Shown in pieces: positions 30,208 through 39,221 of a stretch of DNA of 39,221 bases. This DNA comes from Betaproteobacteria bacterium (GTDB taxonomy: Bacteria > Pseudomonadota > Gammaproteobacteria > Burkholderiales > Casimicrobiaceae). How positions within the stretch are numbered: position 1 is the stretch's first letter; every line of letters starts with the position of its first letter. Location of the stretch: contig VBCZ01000355.1 in NCBI GenBank assembly GCA_005889025.1, positions 1-39,221 of the forward strand, in the 5' to 3' direction. The notes beneath the pieces are model-generated. The model did no database searches. It saw only the letters and a program-made list of their open reading frames with translations, and was not told where the DNA came from. A program made the translations under genes and the position numbers.

Positions 30208-31473
30208 GTGACGCTCTCCGGCTGGCTCGCCTATCTCGAGACGCTGCACCCCAAGGCGATCGCCATGGGGCTCGATCGCGTACGCGCGGTCTACGAGCGT
30301 CTCGGCGTCGAGCTCGCGTGCCCGATCGCGACGGTGGCGGGCACCAACGGCAAGGGGTCGACCTGTGCTATGCTCGATCGAATGCTGCGCTGTGCCGGAT
30401 ACCGCGTCGGGACCTACACCTCGCCGCACTTGCTGCGCTACAACGAGCGTGTACGTCTTGACGGCGTCGATGCCTCCGACGACGCTTTATGCACGGCGTT
30501 CGCGGCCGTCGAGGCCGCACGCGGCGATACCGCGCTCACGTATTTCGAGTTCGGCACGCTTGCCGCGCTATGGCTGTTCGCGCATGCCCGGCTCGACGCG
30601 CTGGTGGTCGAGGTCGGGCTCGGGGGCCGGCTCGATGCTGTCAACATTGTCGACGCCGATGTCGCCGTCGTCACGACCATCGATATCGATCACGTCGACT
30701 ACCTCGGCGCGACACGTGACGAAATCGGTCGTGAAAAAGCCGGGATTTTTCGTGCCGGACGCACTGCCGTCTGCGGCGAACGCGACCCTCCGCAGAGCGT
30801 TCTCGCGTTCGCCGCGTCGATGGGTGCAAAGCTGCTTCGCATCGGAGTCGACTACGACTTCGATGCGAAGGACCATCAATGGAGTTACTGGGGCCCGGGA
30901 GGAGCGCGCCATGGTTTGCCGCATCCTGCATTGCGCGGCGTGTATCAACTCGCGAACGCGGCGACCGCGCTGACCGCGCTCGACGCTCTGCGCGAACGCT
31001 TGCCCGTCGGCATGGGTGCAATTCGCGAGGCGCTGGTCAGCGTCGAGCTTCCGGGCCGCTTCCAGGTGCTTCCCGGCCGTCCCGTGACCGTGCTCGATGT
31101 GGCGCACAACCCGCAGTCGGCACGAGTCTTGTCCGAGGGGCTCGCCGCGATGGGGTTTCATCGGCAGACGCGCGCGGTCTTCGGCGTCATGGCGGACAAG
31201 GACATCGATCGAATCATCGCCGTGGTCAAAGGACGCGTCGACGATTGGCACGTGGCCACCCTGCCGTCACCCCGCGGCGCGACGGCGCAACGCTTGCGCG
31301 AGAGGCTCGAGTCGGCGGGTGTCGCCTCCGCGGCAATTCGCGAATTCGAGGATGCGGGCGATGCATACCTTGCCGCGCGTGGTGCGTCGGGCGAAGCTGA
31401 TAGAATCATTGTTTTCGGCTCGTTCCTCACTGTGGCCGCGGCACTCGCTCAGAGGTCCGCCGGTGCACTCTGA
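30208..31473 (+). CDS. folC: Bifunctional folylpolyglutamate synthase / dihydrofolate synthase
   Basis: GTG start. Mur-ligase-type P-loop AGTNGKGST, then TSPHL, EVGLGGRLDA, DHVDYLG and LDVAHNP. Confidence 0.93.
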   Translation: MTLSGWLAYLETLHPKAIAMGLDRVRAVYERLGVELACPIATVAGTNGKGSTCAMLDRMLRCAGYRVGTYTSPHLLRYNERVRLDGVDASDDALCTAFAAVEAARGDTALTYFEFGTLAALWLFAHARLDALVVEVGLGGRLDAVNIVDADVAVVTTIDIDHVDYLGATRDEIGREKAGIFRAGRTAVCGERDPPQSVLAFAASMGAKLLRIGVDYDFDAKDHQWSYWGPGGARHGLPHPALRGVYQLANAATALTALDALRERLPVGMGAIREALVSVELPGRFQVLPGRPVTVLDVAHNPQSARVLSEGLAAMGFHRQTRAVFGVMADKDIDRIIAVVKGRVDDWHVATLPSPRGATAQRLRERLESAGVASAAIREFEDAGDAYLAARGASGEADRIIVFGSFLTVAAALAQRSAGAL

Positions 31474-31476
31474 TCC

Positions 31477-32175
31477 ATGTACACACGTCCCGACGCTTCG
31501 GACCCTGCGGTCGACGAGCTGAAACGGCGCGCGCGGCGCCGTCTCGTCGGCGCAGTCGTGCTCGCGCTTGCAGCTGCGGTGATTCTTCCCCTCTTGCTGG
31601 AAAGCGACCCCAAGCCGCTCGGCGACGATGTTTCGATTCAGATCCCGCCGATCGACAGCGGAAAATTCGTCAACCCCTTGTCATCGGTGCCGGCAAAAAC
31701 GTCCGACGCGAAGAGCGGCGATGGCAAGCGCGAAAGGAAGGCGCTGCCGGAGCCTGCCGCTGTCGACTCGAAGGCGGATGCGACATCCAAGCGGCCCGCC
31801 AAGGATCTCCAGCAACGGCCCGCTGAGCAGACGAGCCCGCAATCGCCGGCGAGCGAAACCGCGACGGACGTCGATGCGACCAAGTCCGCCACGACGCAAG
31901 CGAAGGCCGATTCCCCGGAAAGCAAATCGGAGCCCGGTGCCGGCGGCGCATTTGTCGTTCAGGTCGCGGCGCTTGCCGATGTCAAGGCGGCATCCGATCT
32001 CGCCTCCCGGCTCAAGGCCGGCGGCTATCCCGGCTATACCGAGACTTTTGCGACGCCGCAGGGGGCGATGCAACGCGTGCGCGTCGGTCCGTATGCATCG
32101 CGCGAGACAGCAGACGCGGCGCTCGCAAAGCTGAAAGCCGCGGGTTACGACGGTATCGTGGCGGCTGCAAGATGA
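31477..32175 (+). CDS. SPOR-domain cell-division protein (DedD-like)
   Basis: N-terminal TM anchor (RRLVGAVVLALAAAVILPLLL), low-complexity linker, and C-terminal SPOR domain (FVVQVAALADVKAASDLASRLKAGGY...RVRVGPY). Sits in the folC-dedD-cvpA-purF position. Confidence 0.8.
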   Translation: MYTRPDASDPAVDELKRRARRRLVGAVVLALAAAVILPLLLESDPKPLGDDVSIQIPPIDSGKFVNPLSSVPAKTSDAKSGDGKRERKALPEPAAVDSKADATSKRPAKDLQQRPAEQTSPQSPASETATDVDATKSATTQAKADSPESKSEPGAGGAFVVQVAALADVKAASDLASRLKAGGYPGYTETFATPQGAMQRVRVGPYASRETADAALAKLKAAGYDGIVAAAR

Positions 32176-32188
32176 CGTTCGCGTCGAA

Positions 32189-32776
32189 GTGACGGCGTTC
32201 GACGTGATGACGATCGCTGTGGTCGGACTGTCGACGGCGCTCGCGTTCTGGCGTGGATTCGTGCGCGTCGTGATGTCTCTTGTCGCCTGGGTCGCGGCCG
32301 TGGTGCTCGCGATCCACTATTCGTCCTCTATCGCCGAGATGCTTCCCGAATTCGGCGGGAGCCCGACGGCTCGATATATCGCGGCATTCGCCTTGATTCT
32401 CGTCGGCATACTCGTTCTGGGGACGCTGATAGGGTGGCTCCTGGCAAGGATGATCCGGGCTATTGGTCTTGGCTTTCTCGACCGCATATTAGGAGCATTG
32501 CTGGGAATGGCACGCGGCGTGCTTATTGTTGTCATAGCAGTGCTGATTTCTGGCTGCCGCAGGCAATGCGCGCTCGGCTGGATTATCGTCCGGCAGAGCG
32601 CACTCGGACTAAGCCGGTCAAACAAGCTGCGGTGGAACAGGCAACGCTTTTGCAGGCTGGGACCTAACAAATGTGCGGAATCGTCGGCGCTGTCATCCAC
32701 ACGCCGGTCAACCAACTGTTGTACGACGGGCTGCTGCTGTTGCAGCACCGCGGCCAGGACGCGGCCGGCATCGTGA
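32189..32776 (+). CDS. cvpA: Colicin V production protein CvpA (3' end looks frameshifted; the ORF as read overruns purF by 105 nt)
   Basis: GTG start. [26 protein letters not shown] plus four hydrophobic segments typical of CvpA up to ...[13 protein letters not shown]. The remaining Cys/Arg-rich tail looks out of frame. The alternative frame ends at TAA 32665-32667, 3 nt before the purF ATG. Confidence 0.8.
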   Translation: MTAFDVMTIAVVGLSTALAFWRGFVRVVMSLVAWVAAVVLAIHYSSSIAEMLPEFGGSPTARYIAAFALILVGILVLGTLIGWLLARMIRAIGLGFLDRILGALLGMARGVLIVVIAVLISGCRRQCALGWIIVRQSALGLSRSNKLRWNRQRFCRLGPNKCAESSALSSTRRSTNCCTTGCCCCSTAARTRPAS

Positions 32777-34167
32777 CCAGCGAAGGCCCCGTGTTCCACA
32801 TGTACAAGGCGCCCGGTTACGTGCGTGACGTGTTCCGAACCCGCAACATGCGCGAGCTAACGGGTAACGCCGGCATCGGCCACTGCCGCTATCCCACCGC
32901 GGGATCGGCGTCGTCGGAGCTCGAGTCGCAACCGTTTTACGTCAACTCGCCGTTCGGCATCACGCTCGCGCACAACGGCAATTTGACCAACAGCGATGCG
33001 CTGAAGCGCGAACTCTTCCAGCTCGATTTTCGGCACGTCAATACCAATTCCGATTCCGAAGTGCTGCTCAACGTCTTCGCGCTCGAGCTCGAGCGCGCTG
33101 CGCACCACGCCAGGCTCGATGCCAACGCCATCTTCACCGCGGTTGCCGCCGTGCATAAGCGCTGCCGAGGCGCCTATGCGATCGTGGCGATGATCGCGGG
33201 CTACGGCTTGGTCGCATTCCGCGACCCTTTCGGCATTCGACCCCTGATCATCGGCGTCAACGAGGCCATGGGCGGAACCGAGTACGTGATCGCCAGCGAA
33301 TCGGTCGCCATCGAGCCGCTGGGGTTCCAGGTGCTTCGCGATGTTGCCCCGGGTGAAGCGATTTTCGTCGACCAGGCGGGACGATTCCATGCGCGGCAAT
33401 GCGCCGAGAATCCGCAGCTCAATCCGTGCATATTCGAGTTCGTCTATCTCGCGCGTCCCGATTCGGTGATCGACGGCACCTCGGTGTACGAGGCGCGGCT
33501 CAACATGGGCGGCGAGCTTGCCAAGAAGATCGCCGGCATCCCCGCGGCGCAGGACATCGACGTCGTCATTCCCATTCCCGATTCGAGCCGTCCCTCGGCG
33601 CTGCAGCTCGCCAACAGCCTGGGGCTCAAGTACCGCGAAGGCTTCGTCAAGAACCGCTACATCGGCCGGACGTTCATCATGCCGGGCCAGGCCATCCGCA
33701 GAAAAACCGTCCGGCAGAAGCTCAATCCCATCGGCATGGAATTCAAGGACCAGGTCGTGCTGCTGGTCGATGATTCGATCGTGCGCGGCACCACCAGCCG
33801 CGAGATCGTGCAGATGGCGCGCGAAGCGGGCGCGCGCAAGGTATATTTCGCGTCGGCGAGCCCGCCGGTGCGCTATCCCAACGTATACGGCATCGACATG
33901 CCGACCCCGCGCGAGCTCGTCGCGACCGGCCGCACGGAGGCCGAGATCGCGCAGGAAATCGGCGCGGATCTCCTGATCTACCAGGACCTCGAAGCGCTCA
34001 AGCGTGCCGTGCGTGCCGCGAACCCGACCCTGAAGGAATTCGAAGCGTCATGCTTCGATGGCTACTATGTGACCGGCGATGTCACCTCCGACTATCTGTC
34101 GCACCTCGCGCGCGAGCGCGACGAGTCGCGGGACGAAGCCGACGAGTCGCTGTTCGCGACCGGTTAA
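32671..34167 (+). CDS. purF: Amidophosphoribosyltransferase
   Basis: 498 aa with N-terminal nucleophile MCGIVG and PRPP-binding loop [15 protein letters not shown]. Confidence 0.97.
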   Translation: MCGIVGAVIHTPVNQLLYDGLLLLQHRGQDAAGIVTSEGPVFHMYKAPGYVRDVFRTRNMRELTGNAGIGHCRYPTAGSASSELESQPFYVNSPFGITLAHNGNLTNSDALKRELFQLDFRHVNTNSDSEVLLNVFALELERAAHHARLDANAIFTAVAAVHKRCRGAYAIVAMIAGYGLVAFRDPFGIRPLIIGVNEAMGGTEYVIASESVAIEPLGFQVLRDVAPGEAIFVDQAGRFHARQCAENPQLNPCIFEFVYLARPDSVIDGTSVYEARLNMGGELAKKIAGIPAAQDIDVVIPIPDSSRPSALQLANSLGLKYREGFVKNRYIGRTFIMPGQAIRRKTVRQKLNPIGMEFKDQVVLLVDDSIVRGTTSREIVQMAREAGARKVYFASASPPVRYPNVYGIDMPTPRELVATGRTEAEIAQEIGADLLIYQDLEALKRAVRAANPTLKEFEASCFDGYYVTGDVTSDYLSHLARERDESRDEADESLFATG

Positions 34168-34253
34168 CGGCCAAGTCCGCCCGCGTCCCCACGCATCAAA
34201 GCGGCTAAAAAACTGGTCTTGAACATGCCGCCGTCCGGAAAATGCGCCGCCGA

Positions 34254-34269
34254 TTGCACGCGCGTGCAA
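34254..34269. promoter_or_regulatory. Perfect 16-bp palindrome TTGCACGCGCGTGCAA, a LacI-family operator candidate
   Basis: Read from the sequence. The TGCA-N6-TGCA architecture with a central CG resembles LacI/GalR half-site symmetry. It lies 57 nt upstream of the regulator ATG. Confidence 0.55.
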
Positions 34270-34286
34270 AGTGGGAGTAGACTCAT

Positions 34287-34300
34287 TGCACACGTGTGCA
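34287..34300. promoter_or_regulatory. Perfect 14-bp palindrome TGCACACGTGTGCA, a second LacI-family operator candidate
   Basis: Same outer half-sites as the first palindrome. The centres are 32 bp apart. It lies 26 nt upstream of the regulator ATG. Confidence 0.55.
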
Positions 34301-34325
34301 TAACCCAGGTTTGGGGCCGCTGGCG

Positions 34326-35296
34326 ATGAGTCAGGAGCGTATCCGCGGTTCGTTCGTCACCGCCGCCGACGTTGCCGAACGGGCCGGCGTGTCGCGTTCG
34401 GCCGTGTCGCGCACTTTTACGCCGGGTGCGAGCGTGTCGAACGAAGTCCGCGCGCGTCCAATATCGTGGGCTTGGTCGGCGCCGATATCCACCAGCCCTT
34501 CCACGCCGAGATCCTCGCCATGCTTTCGGCGACTCTGCTTGCCGATGGCTTCCAATGCATGTTGCTCAACGCCTCGAATGCGGAACACGACATGGGCGCC
34601 CTGATCGCGCGCGTGTTGGAGTATCGCGTTTGCGCGATCGTGGTGATGAATGGCACGCCGCCCTCGCGCATCGTCAGGGAAGCCTTAAGCAACGGCGTGC
34701 CGGTGATCCTCGTCAACAAGCCCATGCCGGGTTTGGCGGTCGACACCGTGGTCACCGATCACGCGGCCGGCGGCCGAGCGGCTGCCGAGCATCTGCTTGC
34801 CGCAGGCTGCCGACATCTCGCCGTTGTGTCGAGCGGAGCGCGGACCGCGAGCCTCGAAGGGCGCCTCGACGCGTTCTGCAAACGGGCAATGCAGGGGCGC
34901 GTCCCGGTGCGTATCTGGCGGCAAGGCCCCACCGATTACTCGACCGGGCGCGAGGCCGCGCTGGTGATGCTCGCCGAAGACGCGATCGACGGTGCGTTCT
35001 GCGTTACCGATCTCATCGCACTCGGCTTTCTCGACGCCGCTCGTCTCGATCGCGGTCGGCGCGTACCGGACGATCTGTCGGTGATCGGCTTCGATGATAT
35101 CCCGCAGGCCGCCTGGAGCGCCTATCAGCTCACCACCTTCCGGCAGCCCGTGCGGCTGCTGACCGACCAAGTGATGCAGGTCATACGGCGGCGCGCCGAA
35201 AATCCAGAAACACCGCACGCCGTCTTTACGGTGCCGGCGAGTCTGGTCAGGCGCATGACAGTTCGCGGTCTCGCGGCGCAGGAGAAGTCGACGTGA
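34326..35296 (+). pseudogene. LacI/GalR-family transcriptional regulator, disrupted by an internal deletion plus frameshift in the DNA-binding domain
   Basis: The HTH start (VTAADVAERAGVSRSAVSRTFTPGASVSNEVRAR) is in frame 34326. The periplasmic-binding-protein-like sensor domain (NIVGLVGADIHQPFHAEIL... to stop 35296) is in another frame. About 24 aa (end of the HTH plus the hinge helix, ..AA..LGY.PN..AR.L..) are missing at 34456-34465. Confidence 0.8.
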
Positions 35297-35354
35297 GCGC
35301 CGTCCGACCAAGGTGGCGCGGCGCAGCGGCGTCAGCTGCCAGCGTGGAGGTCCT

Positions 35355-36098
35355 TTGATCCGACCGCAAGTCGTCGCCCATCGAGGCAGCAGTGTGGCGC
35401 ATGCCGAGAACAGCTGGGCAGCGTTCAAAGCGGCGGTTGCCGAAGGCGCCGATGCGATCGAGTGCGACGTCCAGGGTACACGCGATGGCGTGCTGGTAAT
35501 CCGGCATGATCTGGCCATCGGCGATCGATTGGTCGCGGAAGTCACCGCCGCCGAGATCGACGCGATGGAGGCGGGCTCGGTGCGCCTTGCCGATCTGCTC
35601 GCCTGGGCGCCGGGCGCGAACATCGGTCTGCTGGTGGAGGTCAAGGATCCGGATTTCGCGGTGCCGATCGGTAACTTGGTGGCCTCGAGTCCCTGGTGTG
35701 ATCGCATCGTCATCGGTGCCTTCCATGGGCCGGCTTTGAGGGCACTGAAAGCGCGAACGCCGCAGATCAGGACGTCACTGATGATGGGCAGCGTGGTCGC
35801 GCCGGAGCACCTGCTGCAACTCGTTCAGGCTTACCATGCGGATGGCGTGCACCTGTGCTGGGAAGCCCGGTCCCCGCAGCCGCATCGGCTGCTCGACGCG
35901 GCCGCGATAGGCCTGCTTCGAAAAGCGGGTTTCATCGTCACGCTCTGGCACGAGGAGCGCGAAAGCGAATTGCGGGCCCTGGTTGCGCTTTGCCCTGACG
36001 CAATCTGCACCAACACGCCCGCCATCCTGCGACGCATCGTGGACAGGCATGCAACCCGCGCCGCAACGACGCACGAACTGGCGGCAAATGACTTCTAG
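35355..36098 (+). CDS. Glycerophosphodiester phosphodiesterase family protein (GDPD, UgpQ-like)
   Basis: VVAHRGSSVAHAENS and IECDVQGTRDGVLVIRHD motifs. GGAGG lies 4 nt upstream of TTG 35355. The ORF-track start 35313 (GTG) is an alternative. Confidence 0.85.
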   Translation: MIRPQVVAHRGSSVAHAENSWAAFKAAVAEGADAIECDVQGTRDGVLVIRHDLAIGDRLVAEVTAAEIDAMEAGSVRLADLLAWAPGANIGLLVEVKDPDFAVPIGNLVASSPWCDRIVIGAFHGPALRALKARTPQIRTSLMMGSVVAPEHLLQLVQAYHADGVHLCWEARSPQPHRLLDAAAIGLLRKAGFIVTLWHEERESELRALVALCPDAICTNTPAILRRIVDRHATRAATTHELAANDF

Positions 36099-36201
36099 GC
36101 ACAAGAGAACAGCACAATATGAAGGCAGGCAGTGGATGGCGCGGTAATCGCGCCGGACTTATCAGCAGCGCGGCGACGGACCGCGCTAAACCGGAGGCAT
36201 C

Positions 36202-37563
36202 ATGATGAATGGGAAAATCGCACTATCGGCAATGGTCGCCGGCGTCTTGTTCTGCACCACCTTTACCTCGGCAGCGGCCGAGGAAGTGGTGATCAAGGTC
36301 TGGGCGCGCGCGGATCGTTCCGGACCCTTGCGCGCGGGGAATCTCGTTACCGCAGGCGATACCCTCAACAAGTTCCTCACGGCGGCCGGCACCGACAAGC
36401 GCGTCAAGATCGAGCTCAACGAGACGAACGCGAAGGGTTATGACGACGACGCTCTCGACCTTTTGAAAGCGTTCGCGGTCGACAAGGGGCCGGACATCTT
36501 CGTTCTGGCGCACGAGTGGACAGGCGCTTTCGCGGAAGCGGGCTATGCGTTGAATCTCGAGGATCACATCAACAAAAACCCGGAGCTCTACGGCGACATC
36601 ATCGGGCCGCTCTGGCAGTCGGTGAGCTACAAGGGCGCGCGGTATGCCGTACCCCAGGACTCCGAGGTCCGGATGTATTTCCTGAACAACGACAAGCTCC
36701 GCAAGTTAGGCAAGACCGACAAGGAGATTGCTGCGCTGCCCGCCAAGGTAGACGCCGGGGAATTCACCGCATACGACCTGTGCGATCTCGCGGGCCAGGC
36801 GGTGCAGAAGGGCGTCGTGAAATACGGCATCCTGCACCGGCCCAATGCGGGCCCCGACTTCCAGATGCTGACGGAGAGCTTCGGCCTCGTCCCCTATGAC
36901 AAGGAGGCGGCCAAGCTGCAGGCCTCGAAGACCGCGCTCAAGGATTTCTTCACTTGGGTAAAATACTGCGTCGACAAGAAAGCGCTCTCCGCGACCAACA
37001 CGTCGATGTCGTGGGACGCCATCGAGCAGGCTTCGTTTGCGAAGGAAGAGGCGCTGGCCTTCTTTCACGGGGTCTGGCGCGTCACCGACCAGACGAAAGC
37101 GTGGAACCTGAAAGGCAAGGACGACTACCAGCGCAAGATCACATGGATCAACGCGCCGGCCGGAAAGAAGGGCGGCAAGCCATCCAATTTGTCGCACCCG
37201 ATCGCGTACGCCGTGTCGGCGAAATCGAAGAACAAGGACCTGGCCGCGTACATCGTGGCGCTCGCCAGCCAGCCGATCCCCAACATGCGCCATTCGGTGA
37301 CGACGAACCACACCCCCATCAACTACGGCGAGCAGTCGATGCCGGAGGTCGTGGATAAAGGATGGGCGCTGGTGGCGGCGACGCCGATGCTGAAATACGC
37401 GGGCTTCATGCCGAACCACCCGAAGATCGGCCAGTATAACGCGGTCATCTTCAAGGGTATCCAGGGGGTCGAAACCGGCCGCCTTACCGCACAAGCGGCG
37501 GCGGATTTCGTCGTCGACGAGCTTGGGAACGAGCTCGGCAAGGACGTGGTCATCAAGAACTAG
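36202..37563 (+). CDS. ABC transporter extracellular solute-binding protein (family 1, sugar / glycerophosphodiester type)
   Basis: 453 aa. GGAGG RBS, signal peptide ending TSAAA-EE, and a bilobed SBP-like sequence. Confidence 0.9.
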   Translation: MMNGKIALSAMVAGVLFCTTFTSAAAEEVVIKVWARADRSGPLRAGNLVTAGDTLNKFLTAAGTDKRVKIELNETNAKGYDDDALDLLKAFAVDKGPDIFVLAHEWTGAFAEAGYALNLEDHINKNPELYGDIIGPLWQSVSYKGARYAVPQDSEVRMYFLNNDKLRKLGKTDKEIAALPAKVDAGEFTAYDLCDLAGQAVQKGVVKYGILHRPNAGPDFQMLTESFGLVPYDKEAAKLQASKTALKDFFTWVKYCVDKKALSATNTSMSWDAIEQASFAKEEALAFFHGVWRVTDQTKAWNLKGKDDYQRKITWINAPAGKKGGKPSNLSHPIAYAVSAKSKNKDLAAYIVALASQPIPNMRHSVTTNHTPINYGEQSMPEVVDKGWALVAATPMLKYAGFMPNHPKIGQYNAVIFKGIQGVETGRLTAQAAADFVVDELGNELGKDVVIKN

Positions 37564-37639
37564 AACGTCGGTACGCCCAGGGACCGGGAAGAGGCTTAAG
37601 AAAGTCTCTCCCTGCGTCCGGGGCGGCCACGACTTCGCC

Positions 37640-38560
37640 ATGCCCGACTTCGCGCGTGCTCAGCTGCGACGACAGCGGTTCAACTTCGCCCTGTTCCTCG
37701 GGCCCGCGCTGGTGCTGCTGGCCGTGTTCTTTGTCGCGCCCGTCGTCATCGACCTTGTCCTTGCATTCACCGACATGGGCCGCACGCTGGCAGTCGGCAA
37801 GCTCACGCTCGAGAATTTCGAGCGAATGGTCACGCGTGACACACGCCTGCTCGGCGCGCTTGGCATCACGTTCATCTTCGTCGTAACCACGCTCGGGGTC
37901 TTCAACGTCACCTTCGCGCTGCTGCTGGCGCTGGTCACCACGGCCGTGCCCCAGCGGCTCGGCGCGTTCTTTCGCGCGGTGTGGCTGCTTCCCCGGATGA
38001 GTCCGTCGGTCGTGTATGCGCTGCTGTGGCTGTGGGTGGTCGACCCGAACGAGCGCGGCCTGCTCAATCAGATCGTCGTGCATGTCTTCGACATGCCGCC
38101 GATCGATCTGCGCAACAACCACCCGCTGCTGGTGATCATCCTGGCCAACGGATTCATCGGCGCCTCGCTCGGCATGCTCATCTTCACCTCTGCGATCCGC
38201 TCGATTCCGGAGCACCTGTTCCACGCCGCCCGCGTCGACGGCGCGGGATCGCTTGCCATCGTGCGTCACGTCACGCTGCCCGCGCTGCGCTGGCCGATCT
38301 CCTACATGACCATCCACCAGTCGCTCTCGCTGCTGGTGAGCTTCGAGTACATCCTGCTCATCACGGCCGGCGGTCCGTTCTACGACACCACTGTCTTCTC
38401 GCTCTACGCCTATCGGCGTGCGTTCGAGAGCGGCGAATACGCGTATGGCGCGGCGCTCTCGCTGATCTTGGTTGTGATCGGCGTGGTGGCGGCGCTTGCC
38501 CTGTGGCGGTTGATGGACATGCAGCGGCTGCTACAGCCACCGCGGATCGAGGTGCATTGA
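37640..38560 (+). CDS. ABC transporter permease (MalF/UgpA-like)
   Basis: Six hydrophobic segments and an EAA-type loop (HAARVDGAGSLAIVRHVTLPAL). Start at MPDFARAQLRRQRF. Confidence 0.9.
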   Translation: MPDFARAQLRRQRFNFALFLGPALVLLAVFFVAPVVIDLVLAFTDMGRTLAVGKLTLENFERMVTRDTRLLGALGITFIFVVTTLGVFNVTFALLLALVTTAVPQRLGAFFRAVWLLPRMSPSVVYALLWLWVVDPNERGLLNQIVVHVFDMPPIDLRNNHPLLVIILANGFIGASLGMLIFTSAIRSIPEHLFHAARVDGAGSLAIVRHVTLPALRWPISYMTIHQSLSLLVSFEYILLITAGGPFYDTTVFSLYAYRRAFESGEYAYGAALSLILVVIGVVAALALWRLMDMQRLLQPPRIEVH

Positions 38561-39221
38561 TGGCGACCAACCACGCGATCGTCGCTGAAGCGCCCGCAGT
38601 GCGCACCGATTGGCAGGCGCTTGCTCGCCGCACCTGGCGCACGCGGTTCAGCGGGCAATCGGCGTTGTTCGCGTTCCTCGTGGTCGTTTCCGTACCGATC
38701 ATCCTGCCGTACTTCTGGATGGTCGTGATCGCCTTCACCGCGCGGACCGGCGGCGTTGGGAGCGATGTCCTGTGGACGGCCTGTGCAGTGATCGTTCCCG
38801 CAGTTCTCGTCTACAGCCTCGTCCACATGTCGGTGGCGTCGCGGGGACTGCGGCTCGCGACCGGGCTCGTCATGCTCGCGATTGCCGGGACGCTGCTCGT
38901 GGCACTGATCGGCGAACGCCTGCACCTCAACAATTTCCGCTTCCTGTGGCGCGCCGATTTCGTCGAAGAGCTGCGCTCGAAGGCAACGTCGGGCGCGCAG
39001 TTTCCGTCTGTGTGGACCGCCTTCTTCAACTCGCTCGCGCTGGCCGTGTCGCAGACGGTGATCATCCTCACGGTGGCGTCGCTGGCCGGCTACTACATCT
39101 CGCGCTTTGCTTTCCGTGGGCGCAACGCCTTCCTCCAGGGGCTGCTCGTGCTCCACGCCTTCCCGGCGATGACGCTCATCATTCCGATCTTCCTGATGCT
39201 GTACTGGATCCACCTGCTCGA
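38560..39221 (+). CDS. ABC transporter permease (MalG/UgpE-like), 3'-truncated by window edge
   Basis: ATGA start/stop overlap with the previous permease. My own translation gives MATNHAIVAEAPAVRTDWQALARRTWRTRFSGQSALFAFLVVVSVPIILPYFWMVVIAF...LVLHAFPAMTLIIPIFLMLYWIHLL, which is open to the window end. It is not in the ORF track because it has no stop. Confidence 0.85.
   Translation, partial: MATNHAIVAEAPAVRTDWQALARRTWRTRFSGQSALFAFLVVVSVPIILPYFWMVVIAFTARTGGVGSDVLWTACAVIVPAVLVYSLVHMSVASRGLRLATGLVMLAIAGTLLVALIGERLHLNNFRFLWRADFVEELRSKATSGAQFPSVWTAFFNSLALAVSQTVIILTVASLAGYYISRFAFRGRNAFLQGLLVLHAFPAMTLIIPIFLMLYWIHLL

Overview
This is a GC-rich (by eye about 60-65% GC) proteobacterial chromosomal segment. 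Gene content and synteny resemble Betaproteobacteria or sulfur-oxidising relatives. It is almost entirely core housekeeping DNA: fccB (5'-truncated), aceA, thpR, a rhodanese, an M16 zinc protease, a Rieske oxygenase, xseB-ispA, folE2, a class I amidotransferase, mutL-miaA, leuC-leuD-leuB, a GNAT, asd, fimV, truA, trpF-trpB-trpA, accD, folC, a SPOR/DedD-like protein, cvpA and purF. A LacI-type regulator, a glycerophosphodiester phosphodiesterase and an ABC uptake locus follow and run off the 3' edge. The only clearly accessory block is about 10.7-14.1 kb: a bactofilin, two exported proteins, an Xre/DUF2384-RES type II toxin-antitoxin pair and a decayed-looking spacer. I found no rRNA, tRNA, CRISPR array, IS/transposase or integrase. 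Non-coding structure includes a REP/BIME-like palindrome array after aceA, a 12-bp perfect inverted-repeat pair after fccB, a strong intrinsic terminator after fimV, and two perfect LacI-type palindromes upstream of the regulator gene. The most unusual observation is that six otherwise well-conserved genes carry lesions relative to their families. There are two apparent 1-nt frameshifts (rhodanese, cvpA), two out-of-frame internal deletions of about 70-90 nt (M16 protease, LacI regulator) and two in-frame internal deletions of about 40-50 nt (leuB, truA). This means either poor assembly or consensus quality, or genuine gene decay. I cannot distinguish these from sequence alone. I do not see a convincing new multi-gene system. 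The RES-Xre islet and the lesion pattern are the best leads. Many long ORFs in the track are antisense or out-of-frame artefacts typical of GC-rich DNA and are not reported as genes.
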